A stretch of 64,000 bases of DNA, taken from positions 480,001 through 544,000 of the forward strand of contig CAVXVB010000009.1 of NCBI GenBank assembly GCA_963765205.1. The letters run 5' to 3'. Positions 1-12,062 of this stretch are shown piece by piece. Position 1 is the stretch's first letter. Each line of letters opens with the position of its first letter. The translations under genes were made by a program, and so were the position numbers. The notes beneath the pieces were generated by a model. The model had not been told where the DNA came from. It was given only the letters and a program-made list of their open reading frames with translations, and ran no database searches. The stretch comes from an uncultured Verrucomicrobiae bacterium. GTDB lineage: Bacteria > Verrucomicrobiota > Verrucomicrobiia > Opitutales > JABDGR01.

Positions 1-1
1 C

Positions 2-1246
2 GTGCCGACGCCGATCAGCCTGGAGGAATTCACGACCACGACCAACGGCACGCCGGTGATGATTGATACCCTGCCGACGACCGACAGCGGCAACAATTTC
101 GGGATCGTGGGCGAGTATGGCTCCTCCTCCGAGGCCAACATTCAACTCACCGCGAATGGGCAAGACCTGCTCATCGGGGGTTATCAAGCCGATGCGGCCA
201 TCGCGGGCACCGGGTTGGGCACGGGCAATTATTACAGCAATGAAGAAGGGACCGCCCTGGCGCAATCCACCGACACGGCGGTTCCCCGGATGATCGCGGT
301 GATTGGGGCCAACGGCGTGGCGAACACCTCCACGCAGTTCAACGACATTTACAGCGAAAACAATCCCCGCAGTGTCTGGAGCGCCAACGGCTCCTTGCTC
401 TATGTCTCCGGCCAGGGCAGCAGCACGGATCAAGGCATTTACACCATTCAGGAGGGCAACAACACCGTCACCGGCAGCCCGGCGCCCACGCCCATCTCCG
501 CCAACACCTCGCTCGATACCCGGGTGGTTTCAGCCTATAATGGGAATTTGTATTATTCGATTGACGTCAAGACCAAAGCGACGGGGATTTTCGAGTATTC
601 CGGTATTCCCACCGGCGTGGCCGTGGCGACGCAGCTCACCCCCGCCAGCGGCCTGTCGGGCAACAGCGAGAACATCACGGTCAACTACAGCCCCGACGGT
701 TTCTACTTTGCCAATACCACCACCCTGTATGTCGCCGACACGGGCAAAGCCAAAAACAAGGGCATTGGCGATGGGGGGATTCAAAAGTGGAGCCTCGTCG
801 GCTCGACCTGGGACCTTGATTATACACTGACGCCGACTAATTTCCTCCAGAACTACAACGATAGCAGCAACACCAGCACCAACGTCAGCGGCAACGTCCA
901 AGACGGTCAATCCGGTTTCGAGTCCGTGACCGGCCAAGTGGTGAATGGCACGGTGGACCTTTATGCCGTTTCCTATACGGTGGGCGATTCCGACGCGGAC
1001 GGGCTATATGCCATTGCCGACAACCTTTCGGCCACCAGCGAAAACGGGGAAACCTTCACCGAACTGGCCACGGCGCCGGGGATTGGCAATGTTACCTCGC
1101 TCACCGCGCAAGGGGGCGAAGTGTTCAAGGCCGTTTCCTTTGCGCCCGCCGTGTCAGTACCGGAGCCGGGCACTTATGCGATGATCATGGGCGCCTTTAG
1201 CGGGATGCTCGTGGTGTTCCAACGACGGCGCCGGGCGAAAAAATAA
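2..1246 (+). CDS. PEP-CTERM sorting-domain surface protein (5' end probably outside the window)
   Basis: C-terminal VPEPGTYAMIMGAFSGMLVVFQRRRRAKK (PEP + TM helix + basic tail); Thr/Ser/Gly/Asn-rich beta-rich body; ORF open at window edge. Confidence 0.9.
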   Translation: MPTPISLEEFTTTTNGTPVMIDTLPTTDSGNNFGIVGEYGSSSEANIQLTANGQDLLIGGYQADAAIAGTGLGTGNYYSNEEGTALAQSTDTAVPRMIAVIGANGVANTSTQFNDIYSENNPRSVWSANGSLLYVSGQGSSTDQGIYTIQEGNNTVTGSPAPTPISANTSLDTRVVSAYNGNLYYSIDVKTKATGIFEYSGIPTGVAVATQLTPASGLSGNSENITVNYSPDGFYFANTTTLYVADTGKAKNKGIGDGGIQKWSLVGSTWDLDYTLTPTNFLQNYNDSSNTSTNVSGNVQDGQSGFESVTGQVVNGTVDLYAVSYTVGDSDADGLYAIADNLSATSENGETFTELATAPGIGNVTSLTAQGGEVFKAVSFAPAVSVPEPGTYAMIMGAFSGMLVVFQRRRRAKK

Positions 1247-1314
1247 GGCGGCGACGGGAGGCACAGAATCAAGAGGCGTGGGCGACTTCGCAAATACCCT
1301 GCGCCAACCGCCAC

Positions 1315-2001
1315 TCAATCGGTGGTGACACCGATGCCTTTTAATTTGGCAAAGTCCCGCACTACGTCCGGTTTGCCGCCGGCGGCCGTGACAAAGCCGC
1401 TCTTGATCAAGCTAATCAGAATCTCCTGAGCTTGGGCTGGCGGGACGTAAATGTATTTGGACTCCGGCGGCACGGGTACGCCGCTGCTGGAATCGGACTC
1501 AAAATATCCAAAAGCAGTGTCTTCAATGTTGGAGTGCGATGTTTTGTTCGCCACCCAGGCCGGATTAATGATGCCGATTTGGCCCGGATGTGGATTCAGC
1601 GTCCGGGCCGGTGCAGCGGTCGCGACCGAGCGATCCAGGGCATGGCTTTCGTTGAGCAACATGATGCCAAGGATGGCGGCGGTGAGGCAGGGCAGCCAGC
1701 CCACGCGGAACAATGGCCGGGTGACTTTTCCCACCTGCACCGCCCGCTTTTCCAGGTAATATTGTTCGACTTGAGCGATGCATTCCGGCAGCAGCGAGAG
1801 GGGTCCCAGGTAGCTGGCCTCCGGGATTCGCTCGGTTCCCAAGGTGATAGGCGCAATTTGCGCAACCGGCGCCGGCGGGGGCGGATTGGGCGCAAGGCGC
1901 GGCAGGCCCGGCGGCGGCTGGCCCCCCGGTCGATCAAAAGTGTTCGGATACGTCGCGTTATCCAGGCGCGATTTGAATTCGGTGAGACCCCAGTCGCCCA
2001 T
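1315..2001 (-). CDS. hypothetical membrane protein
   Basis: 228-aa ORF with GGAG 9 nt upstream of the ATG, Pro-rich linker and one central hydrophobic segment (WLPCLTAAILGIMLL). Confidence 0.6.
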   Translation of the reverse strand: MGDWGLTEFKSRLDNATYPNTFDRPGGQPPPGLPRLAPNPPPPAPVAQIAPITLGTERIPEASYLGPLSLLPECIAQVEQYYLEKRAVQVGKVTRPLFRVGWLPCLTAAILGIMLLNESHALDRSVATAAPARTLNPHPGQIGIINPAWVANKTSHSNIEDTAFGYFESDSSSGVPVPPESKYIYVPPAQAQEILISLIKSGFVTAAGGKPDVVRDFAKLKGIGVTTD

Positions 2002-2176
2002 GGTGATTGGCTCCAGCTATTTGATGGAAAGTGGCGTCAGCCCGCGAAGTGAGCCGACCGTTATTTAACTACACACAACTGAATGCCATTTAAAGCCGCC
2101 GTCAAGCCAACCTCGGCGTTGTTGCCAGATCTTGACCCAACGCGAACATTCGCCACCCGGCTGTCACGAATTTCTT

Positions 2177-2638
2177 TCAACCTTCCCGATAATCCTCGCC
2201 AGTGAACTGGCGGCTTTGCGGCGTGTATTCCTGCAACTCAATCAGGTTGCCGTCTGGGTCGCGCACCCAGGCCTGGCGCGAACGGTCATTGCCCGTCTTG
2301 CGCCCCGTCACGGTCACGCCGCGTTTTTCGAGCAGCGCGACATAGTCGTCGAGCCCCTCGATTTGCAGGCAAAAATGGTTGAAGCGCGCGAGCCAGGGAT
2401 CGCGCGGGTCTTCGAGCGGCTCGAGCGGCTTCGCCGAGCCGCTGCGCCGGTGCGTATCGGCGTGGTCGAAGACTTCAATGAACGTCGTTTCCCCCAGCGC
2501 GAAGTAGTAGCCAATCGGCGTGCCGTCCTGCCGCAGGTAGCGAAACTGCACGCGCGCGCCCAGTTGGTCGCGGTAAAACCCAGCCATCTCTTCCAACCGA
2601 CTGGTCTTCAAACAAAGATGGGCCAGGCGTTTGAGCAT
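2177..2638 (-). CDS. VOC / glyoxalase-bleomycin resistance family protein
   Basis: LAHLCL...FYRDQLG, FIEVF, FNHFCL, VRDPDGNLIELQE metal-ligand pattern. Confidence 0.9.
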   Translation of the reverse strand: MLKRLAHLCLKTSRLEEMAGFYRDQLGARVQFRYLRQDGTPIGYYFALGETTFIEVFDHADTHRRSGSAKPLEPLEDPRDPWLARFNHFCLQIEGLDDYVALLEKRGVTVTGRKTGNDRSRQAWVRDPDGNLIELQEYTPQSRQFTGEDYREG

Positions 2639-2651
2639 GGGGTGGGGGGGA

Positions 2652-2788
2652 AGGCACTAAGGAACAAAGGGACTGAGGCACTGAGGGATTCGACGGATGT
2701 CAATTTGCTGGATCGTGAGGAAAAGCCAACCGTATTTTCAATCGGCATAAGTGCGATTCATGCTCAGTGCCATAGTGCCTCAGTGCCT
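2652..2788. repeat. inverted arrays of 8-nt tandem repeats (consensus AGGCACTG) around a ~75-bp core
   Basis: Left arm AGGCACTA AGGAACAA AGGGACTG AGGCACTG; right arm CTCAGTGC CATAGTGC CTCAGTGC CT. Confidence 0.8.
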
Positions 2789-3004
2789 TTGCCCCTCGCT
2801 GGCACTGTAGGGCCGCATTAGTTTTTTTCTTTTTCACTATTGGACAACTGCCAGTTTGGCCACAGAAGTGTTAGACCCCGCTGCACGGCCAGAATAGCTC
2901 TGCGGAACAAAGTCGGAACCAAACTGATACAGTGCCCCCCCGCACCCGGGCTTGACTTGGGGGGGGATTTCGGATGCTATGTCACGTTTTAGCCCCAATT
3001 TCGC

Positions 3005-4000
3005 ATGGTCTATCGTCCACCCAAAAAGAAGACAACCGGCCCCGGTTCCGACTTCGATGCCCGGCGGGTCTCCCTTGACCCGCTTAGCGGCCCGCTCCAG
3101 CGCGCCGCGGACGGCGAAGAGATCCTCCAGGGCGACGACCGGCATCTGGTGGCGGTGGATGAGAGCTATGCCGGTGGCGATTTCGAGGATAAAATGTGGC
3201 TGTTCTGGCGCAAGCAACGCGTGAACCTCGTGCGCCTGCTGGTGGCCGTGGCCGTGGCGGTGGTGGTGTGGCAGGGGTGGAACTTTTACCAGGCGCATGA
3301 AGCCGCCACCTTGCAGGCGGACTACCAGGCGGCCAGCGGCGCACCCGCCCTGCTGGCCTTCGCCCAAGCTCATCCGCAGGCGACGCTGGGCAAGATCGCC
3401 CAACTCGAAGCGGCCGATGCTCTTTACAAGGACGCCCAATTCAAACAGGCGGCCGACGCTTATGCGCAGGCTGCCACCTTGCTGGGCACGGACGAAAAAG
3501 GCCAGCGTGCGCGCCTCGGCCAGGCGGTTTCCTTGCTCCAGTCCGGCGATGCCAAGACAGGAGGCGAACTCCTCGAAGCCATTGCGAACGATGCCAGCGT
3601 CGTGGAAAGTTACCGCGCCGAATCTGCCTACTACCTGGCCATCCTGGCCGCCCAAGCTGGCGATAACGATGGCGCCGCCAAGTGGATTGACCGGGTGAAG
3701 GAATTCAAAGACGCCAATGCCTGGTCCAGTCAAGCCTCGACCCTTGGTGAAATCGTGCCTTTGCTCAAAGATATCACCACCAAGACCGGCTCCACATCGC
3801 CGCCCGCCCCGGCCGAAACTGCGCCTTCCGCCATGGCTGCCCCCGTGGAATCTCCAGCGCCTGCCGTCGTGGTCACTCCGAAGTCCGCCGCGGTTACCCC
3901 GCCGCCCGCCGCCCCGCCGCCGCCTCCCTCCAATTCCAAACCCGCCCCGGCCACCAGCACCAATCTCCTAAATGTGCCGGACTTGCCCGCCTTGAAGTAG
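3005..4000 (+). CDS. membrane-anchored TPR protein (YfgM-like)
   Basis: Single TM (LLVAVAVAVVVW), then Ala-rich helical TPR-like repeats and a Pro-rich tail. Confidence 0.7.
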   Translation: MVYRPPKKKTTGPGSDFDARRVSLDPLSGPLQRAADGEEILQGDDRHLVAVDESYAGGDFEDKMWLFWRKQRVNLVRLLVAVAVAVVVWQGWNFYQAHEAATLQADYQAASGAPALLAFAQAHPQATLGKIAQLEAADALYKDAQFKQAADAYAQAATLLGTDEKGQRARLGQAVSLLQSGDAKTGGELLEAIANDASVVESYRAESAYYLAILAAQAGDNDGAAKWIDRVKEFKDANAWSSQASTLGEIVPLLKDITTKTGSTSPPAPAETAPSAMAAPVESPAPAVVVTPKSAAVTPPPAAPPPPPSNSKPAPATSTNLLNVPDLPALK

Positions 4001-4008
4001 GCAACAAT

Positions 4009-4974
4009 TTGGGTGCGCGCGGTTATTCTCCCGTTTATTTTTCCGCCGTGCTTGGGCTATTTCGCGTGTTGCTGGTCTGGTATGCCGTCTGGCTGGCCGT
4101 CGGGCTGGGCCTGGCGTTCTACGAGTTGACGCAATGGCCGGTGCCTTATGCGACGGATTTATTTCCGTTTGGGCATCTGGAAGACATGGTGTTCCTCGCG
4201 CTGGCCGCCGCATTGCTGGGGTTGTGGCTGGGCGCGCGGGTCGGCGCGGCGCGGGCCTGGCTATTGTTTGGCTGGGTGATACTCGGCTCGGGTGTGGTGG
4301 AATGGGTGGGCGTCCATCACGCTTGGCCGTTCGGTGAATACCACTACACGGGTCACCTCGGGCCGGAGTTGGCGGGAAGCCTGCCGCTGGCGGTGCCGCT
4401 GGCCTGGTGGGTGATCATGCTGCCCGCCTATCTGTCCGCGCAAGCCGCGCTGGCGCTGATTTTTGCGCCCCCAAAAAAATCCGCCGGAGACCCGCCTGTT
4501 GTTTCCCCCTGGCCACGCCGGTTGCTGGCGGCGGCGACGGCCCTCGGGGCGGTGGCAATGGACTTCGCGCTCGAACCGGCGGCGGAGACGCGGCGCTACT
4601 GGAGTTGGGTGTCGAGCGGGCCGTGGTATGGCGTGCCGGGGCGGAATTTTCTCGGCTGGGCGGCGTTGGCCTTCATACTGGCGCTGGGGATGCAGCTCAT
4701 CGCGGGGAAGAAATTGCGCGAGGGATTCCGGTTGGGCGGCCCGGCGTTGCTCTGGCCGATGCTGTTGCCCGTCACCGTCCTGCTGCCCTTCTGGATTGAC
4801 CTCACGAACGCCGCCGCCGCCAACCTCTGGGTCAGCGTTCTGCTGATTTCTGGGTTGACCCAGACGATGTTGTGGACGCGCTATCTGCCGCCAGTGTGGG
4901 CCCGGGCGCTGTGGGCGGGGCCGCCGCGCGACGCCAGGGCCGCCAGTCCCGGAATGAATATGCCAAGTAAATGA
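4009..4974 (+). CDS. carotenoid biosynthesis membrane protein (CruF/DUF422-like); start uncertain
   Basis: E-W-VGV...PFGEYHYT, LPLAVPLAW, DFALEP, YWSW, YGVPGRNFLGW motifs; multiple TM segments. Confidence 0.75.
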   Translation: MGARGYSPVYFSAVLGLFRVLLVWYAVWLAVGLGLAFYELTQWPVPYATDLFPFGHLEDMVFLALAAALLGLWLGARVGAARAWLLFGWVILGSGVVEWVGVHHAWPFGEYHYTGHLGPELAGSLPLAVPLAWWVIMLPAYLSAQAALALIFAPPKKSAGDPPVVSPWPRRLLAAATALGAVAMDFALEPAAETRRYWSWVSSGPWYGVPGRNFLGWAALAFILALGMQLIAGKKLREGFRLGGPALLWPMLLPVTVLLPFWIDLTNAAAANLWVSVLLISGLTQTMLWTRYLPPVWARALWAGPPRDARAASPGMNMPSK

Positions 4975-5455
4975 GCACGCCGACGGTGATCCCGGAATCC
5001 GCCACGTTGAACGCGGGATAACGGTAGCCCGGCAGGTGGAAATCCAGGAAATCCACGACCGAGCCGTGCAAGCCGCGGTCAATCAGATTGCCCAGGATGC
5101 CGCCACACATGATGCCAAAGGTATATTGCAGGAGCGGCCGGTGTAATTCGAGTTGCCGGCGGAAAAGATACACCGCCCCGAGCGCGACCGCGCCCAACAA
5201 CGCCAGCCACCGCGTGTAGTGCTCGAACATGCTCCAAGCCGCGCCGGTGTTCGACACGTTTACGAAATAAAAGAATCCGTCAATGACGGGAATCGGCGGC
5301 GGGGCAAAATAGGTGCCCGGCTCGAGATGCCCGCGCACCCACGCTTTGCTCGCCTGGTCCGCAACCAGCACCGCGAGAAACGCGGCCCAAAAACGCGCGT
5401 AGCCGCGCAGGCCGCGCGCTTCCGTGGACGAAAAACTCTGCACAGGGCTGGTCAT
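4832..5455 (-). CDS. lspA: lipoprotein signal peptidase II
   Basis: DQASK, NTGAAWS, GGILGNLIDR, VVDFLD, PAFNVADSGI motifs. Confidence 0.95.
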   Translation of the reverse strand: MTSPVQSFSSTEARGLRGYARFWAAFLAVLVADQASKAWVRGHLEPGTYFAPPPIPVIDGFFYFVNVSNTGAAWSMFEHYTRWLALLGAVALGAVYLFRRQLELHRPLLQYTFGIMCGGILGNLIDRGLHGSVVDFLDFHLPGYRYPAFNVADSGITVGVLIYLAYSFRDWRPWRRAAAPPTAPGPTLAADSASTTSSGSTQKSAER

Positions 5456-6456
5456 GTCGCATCCGCGTCGTCCTCGGCCAGCGCCGCGGCGTCCTCCGTC
5501 GTCGCCTCGCCAAAGAGGCCGACGGCGTTGCTGCGCTGGACGCCGTAACGGCGCTGCTTTTCCAGTTCCTTCTGGCCGTCGAGGGAATAGCGCGTGAACG
5601 GCACCGCGGCCAGGCGGTCGGCCGAAATCGTCTGGTTGGTGATTTCGCAGATGCCGTAGGAGCCTTTGCGAATGCGTTTGAGGGCTTCCTCGATTTCATA
5701 CAGCAGCTCCTGCTCGCTGGAAACGAGGCTGAGGGCGAAGTCGCGGTCAAAAGTGTCCGTGCCGGCGTCGGCCAGGTGCTGGCTGTAGCCGGACAGGTCG
5801 CCGGAGTCCTCCTTGGCGGAGCGTTTCAGCGTTTCCGAGGTGTGCAGGTCGAGGCCCTGGCGGATTTCCTCGCGCAGCTCCACGAGCATCCGGTAATAGC
5901 GGCGGTATTTTTGTGGGATGTTTTCATTTTCCATCATTTGCGCCACCGAGACGGGCTTTTGCGTCTTGGGCGGGATGGTGACGCCGAGGATGTCCGCCAG
6001 CGACGCCGCGCCGAGGACGCGGGCCTTGCCGGGTTTGGCCGCGGGAACCAGGAGCTTGTTTTTGCCGGTGGCGTTCTTTTCCGCGATTTGTTTGGCGGCC
6101 AGAAACGCGGCCTGGGTGTTGCCCGGCTTGGCCGGCTTGTCCTTCTCCAGCTTGCGGTTCTTGATGAGGTCGCGCACTTCGTCGAGCGTGAACACGATGG
6201 GCGTGCTCTTGCGCGAGCGGATTTTGAAAATCGCCGGCGTGCTTTTGCGTTTGCGCGCGTTGAGCATGATGGCCGTGGCCTGGGGATCCGGCGCAACCAC
6301 GGCGATGGGTTTGACCGGCGCTTTGGGCGCCAGAGGTGCCGGGGCGGGCTTCGATGCGGGCGCTTTGACTACGGACGCGGGCTTGGCCGGCGCTTTGGCC
6401 GGGGCCTTGACTTTGTTGACGGCCGGCTTGGCGGGGGCGTTTTTGGGCTTGGTCAT
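5452..6456 (-). CDS. dksA: DksA/TraR-family protein with long Lys/Ala/Pro-rich N-terminal extension
   Basis: HLADAGTDTFDRD coiled-coil tip; EIEEALKRIRKGSYGICE...RLAAVPFTRYS C-terminal domain; lies between ileS and lspA. Confidence 0.8.
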   Translation of the reverse strand: MTKPKNAPAKPAVNKVKAPAKAPAKPASVVKAPASKPAPAPLAPKAPVKPIAVVAPDPQATAIMLNARKRKSTPAIFKIRSRKSTPIVFTLDEVRDLIKNRKLEKDKPAKPGNTQAAFLAAKQIAEKNATGKNKLLVPAAKPGKARVLGAASLADILGVTIPPKTQKPVSVAQMMENENIPQKYRRYYRMLVELREEIRQGLDLHTSETLKRSAKEDSGDLSGYSQHLADAGTDTFDRDFALSLVSSEQELLYEIEEALKRIRKGSYGICEITNQTISADRLAAVPFTRYSLDGQKELEKQRRYGVQRSNAVGLFGEATTEDAAALAEDDADAT

Positions 6457-6555
6457 TGGGGATGAGAAGTGAAAGGACGGCGGAAAAGCGGGAAAGGTGG
6501 AAACCTGAGCAGGGGGAAGACAACAGGAAAAGGAGCCGGAAGGCGATACTTTCCC

Positions 6556-9435
<2,880 letters not shown>

Positions 9436-9626
9436 GAATCAGCGGGCGGCGGGCGCGGGAAAATTGGAAATTTAGTCCAACGAAAAATGCCGGGCGCAGG
9501 CCGCCCAGCATTCCGAGGGAAAGCGTTTATGATGAAGGCGTTAAATTCTGGGCTTTTCCGGGGGCAAGTCAAGGGGGGAAAGGCGAACTTGGGTAGTGGT
9601 ACAGTTTGAATTTGGGAATTCTGGCT

Positions 9627-9732
9627 TGCGCCCCAACGGGGCGCCGGATTCCAGCCCTGGGTTGCTTCCGCTCTGCGGAGGCTACCCAGGGTCTGCTGCC
9701 GCAAAACATATTCCGCGCCCTGTTGGGGCGCA
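9627..9732. repeat. REP/REPIN-like composite inverted repeat
   Basis: Outer IR TGCGCCCCAACGGGGCGC (9627-9644) / GCGCCCTGTTGGGGCGCA (9715-9732); inner hairpin CCCTGGGTTGCTTCCGC-TCT-GCGGAGGCTACCCAGGG (9655-9691). Confidence 0.8.
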
Positions 9733-10063
9733 GGAGTCGGAAACCCATTCCTCCACCCCGACCGGGCGGGTCTTTTGCACCCAACCGATCAAACCCAACC
9801 AACCTACCCAACGCAGCCAACGCATCACTGGTCAAATGGCTCGTCTTCGATTATACTCTGCGCCATGCACTCCCACTACCTCTCTGGCCCCGCGTTTTCT
9901 CGTATACTTCCACCCGGTCCGACCAAATCAAAGTAAATCAAACCTAATCAGGCCAAAAATTTAAAAACTGCGTCGCCCCTATGGGTTGCCTGGCTGCCCA
10001 ACCTGCAACCTCATTCCAACGATTCCGCTTGCCACCTTCCCCCGCTTCTTCTGCCATGCCGCC

Positions 10064-10471
10064 ATGAGCGAACCCCCTCCCTCCCCCCCCTCCCTCCCCC
10101 CCGACAAGCTCGAAGCCATCTTCGCGCTCCAGGCCGCCCTCAACCGCCGCATCGGCGTGGACACCGCCGCGCTCGACGACGCCGGACAAATCCAATGGAC
10201 GCTCAATTACATCCGCGCCATGCAGCAGGAACTCGCCGAGCTGACCGACTCCGTGCCCTGGAAATGGTGGGCCAAATACCAGCAGTTCGACCGCCAGAAC
10301 GCCCGCGTCGAAGTCGTGGACCTTTTTCATTTCCTTGTCTCCATCGCCCAAACCCTTGGCCTCAGCGCCGATGACATCTACCAGGCCTACCTCAAAAAAA
10401 ACCAAATCAACCACCAGCGCCAGGACTCGGGCTACGTGAAGAAGGACGCGGATGACTCGCGGGGTGTGTGA
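10064..10471 (+). CDS. dimeric (all-alpha) dUTPase family protein
   Basis: QELAELTDSVPWKWWAK and EVVDLFHFLVS...YLKKNQINHQRQDSGY motifs. Confidence 0.9.
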   Translation: MSEPPPSPPSLPPDKLEAIFALQAALNRRIGVDTAALDDAGQIQWTLNYIRAMQQELAELTDSVPWKWWAKYQQFDRQNARVEVVDLFHFLVSIAQTLGLSADDIYQAYLKKNQINHQRQDSGYVKKDADDSRGV

Positions 10472-10560
10472 ATTAGTGATTGCTCCTTCTTTGACAACAT
10501 TTCCGGGTTGTCGGGGTTGGGGAATGAAGAATACGGTCCGGCCGACAGACCCCTCCCCCC

Positions 10561-11556
10561 ATGACCACGTTGCCGCTCCTTTTTGTCCGCCGGCTTGGGT
10601 GTCGGTTGCTGGCCTTGTCCCTTCTTTCGTTTGCAGGCTGTCAGTCATCACCCACGCCGCCGCCGACCTTGACCGTCGAAGGATATATTCGGGAAGGCGT
10701 CACGAAATTCGACCAAGAGGATTACGACGGCGCCATGGCCGATTACAACCGCGCCCTCGCGCTGCGGCCGGATGATTCCGACGCGCTCTATAACCTCGGA
10801 CTTGCGAAAAGCGGGAAACAGGACTTTGCCGGAGCCATCGCCGAATTCGATCAGGTGCTGGCCCAGAATCCGGGCGACGCCGACGCCTGCCTCAGCCGGG
10901 GCGGCGCGAAATTTTCCCTCCAGGACTACGCCGGCGCCATTGCGGATTACGACCGGGCGATTGCCCTCGAGCCGGATTTCACCGCCGCCATCTATTCCCG
11001 CGCCCTCGCGCACCGGCGCCAGGGCGACTACGACGCGGCCTTCGCCGATTACGACCACGCCATCGCCCTCGACCCGGATTACTGGCGCGCCTACAACGGG
11101 CGCGCCACCACGCACAACGCCCACGGCGATTTCGCCCTCGCCATCCTCGACTACGAAAAACGCATTGCGCTCGAACCCGACGGCGACGAATACGCCTGGT
11201 TCCAGCGCAGCCTGCTGATGCGCCGCCTCGGCCGTCCCGACGACGGCAAACTCGCCACACAAGTGGCCAGTTGGCCGGACGGCTGGCCCAAGACCGTCGG
11301 GCAATTTCTCCTCGGCAAAATCAGCGCGGACGACCTGCTCCGCCTCGCCGCCGCGACCGCTGATGCGCAGACCAAGCGCGAGCAGCTCTGCGAAGCCAAC
11401 TACTATGTCGGCATCACCGATCTGCTGGCCGGCCGCCCCGCCGAGGCGAAGGAAAAATTTACGGCCTGCGTGGCCACCGGCGTCTATCAATTTCTCGAAT
11501 CCCTTCTCGCCCGCTCCGAACTGGCCCGGATGCAGGCAGCGGCCGGCGCGCCGTGA
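10561..11556 (+). CDS. TPR-repeat lipoprotein (NlpI-like)
   Basis: Lipobox FAGC; about 5 TPRs (DYxGAIADYDRAIALxP); C-terminal EQLCEANYYVG. Confidence 0.85.
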   Translation: MTTLPLLFVRRLGCRLLALSLLSFAGCQSSPTPPPTLTVEGYIREGVTKFDQEDYDGAMADYNRALALRPDDSDALYNLGLAKSGKQDFAGAIAEFDQVLAQNPGDADACLSRGGAKFSLQDYAGAIADYDRAIALEPDFTAAIYSRALAHRRQGDYDAAFADYDHAIALDPDYWRAYNGRATTHNAHGDFALAILDYEKRIALEPDGDEYAWFQRSLLMRRLGRPDDGKLATQVASWPDGWPKTVGQFLLGKISADDLLRLAAATADAQTKREQLCEANYYVGITDLLAGRPAEAKEKFTACVATGVYQFLESLLARSELARMQAAAGAP

Positions 11557-12062
11557 AGGGAGGGATTTATGCCAAAGCTGAATTGTTTTTGGTCTTCAGG
11601 ATGGAACTGTGAAACTTGAACCCACTTAGCCAGTTATGGATGGCAAAGCCTTGAAATGCTACAATTGAAACGAATCGAGTATCTCGAAAATTGCGGGTGA
11701 TTTGATAACCCATCCAAGTGCACTTGATTCGGATTTAGGTTCATTTCCATAGACGGTTAGTTCTGCTCTGGGTTGTGTGACAGGAACGACATGACGACCT
11801 ACGTATATTCCGAGAAATTGATTCATCTGCCCCGAGAAATTCCTTCTAAGGATTACAGGCGACCCAGATATACCACGAAGCGTAGTAGCATCTATCAGAA
11901 AGCGAGGGATGTCGTTGAAATCAGGCCCCGGGTCGTTAGCAATGTTTCCAATTTTCCAGATTGGTAAAGGGGTATTATCGTCAACCATGTTTACCAAACC
12001 AAGAGGATACCCGACGACAAAGACGGTATTCGTTACACCTACTTGCAGAGATCCAGGACTAA

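Noticed and set aside
9436..9600. T-box riboswitch upstream of ileS
   Set aside because: No GGTGGNACC T-box motif, and the leader is too short
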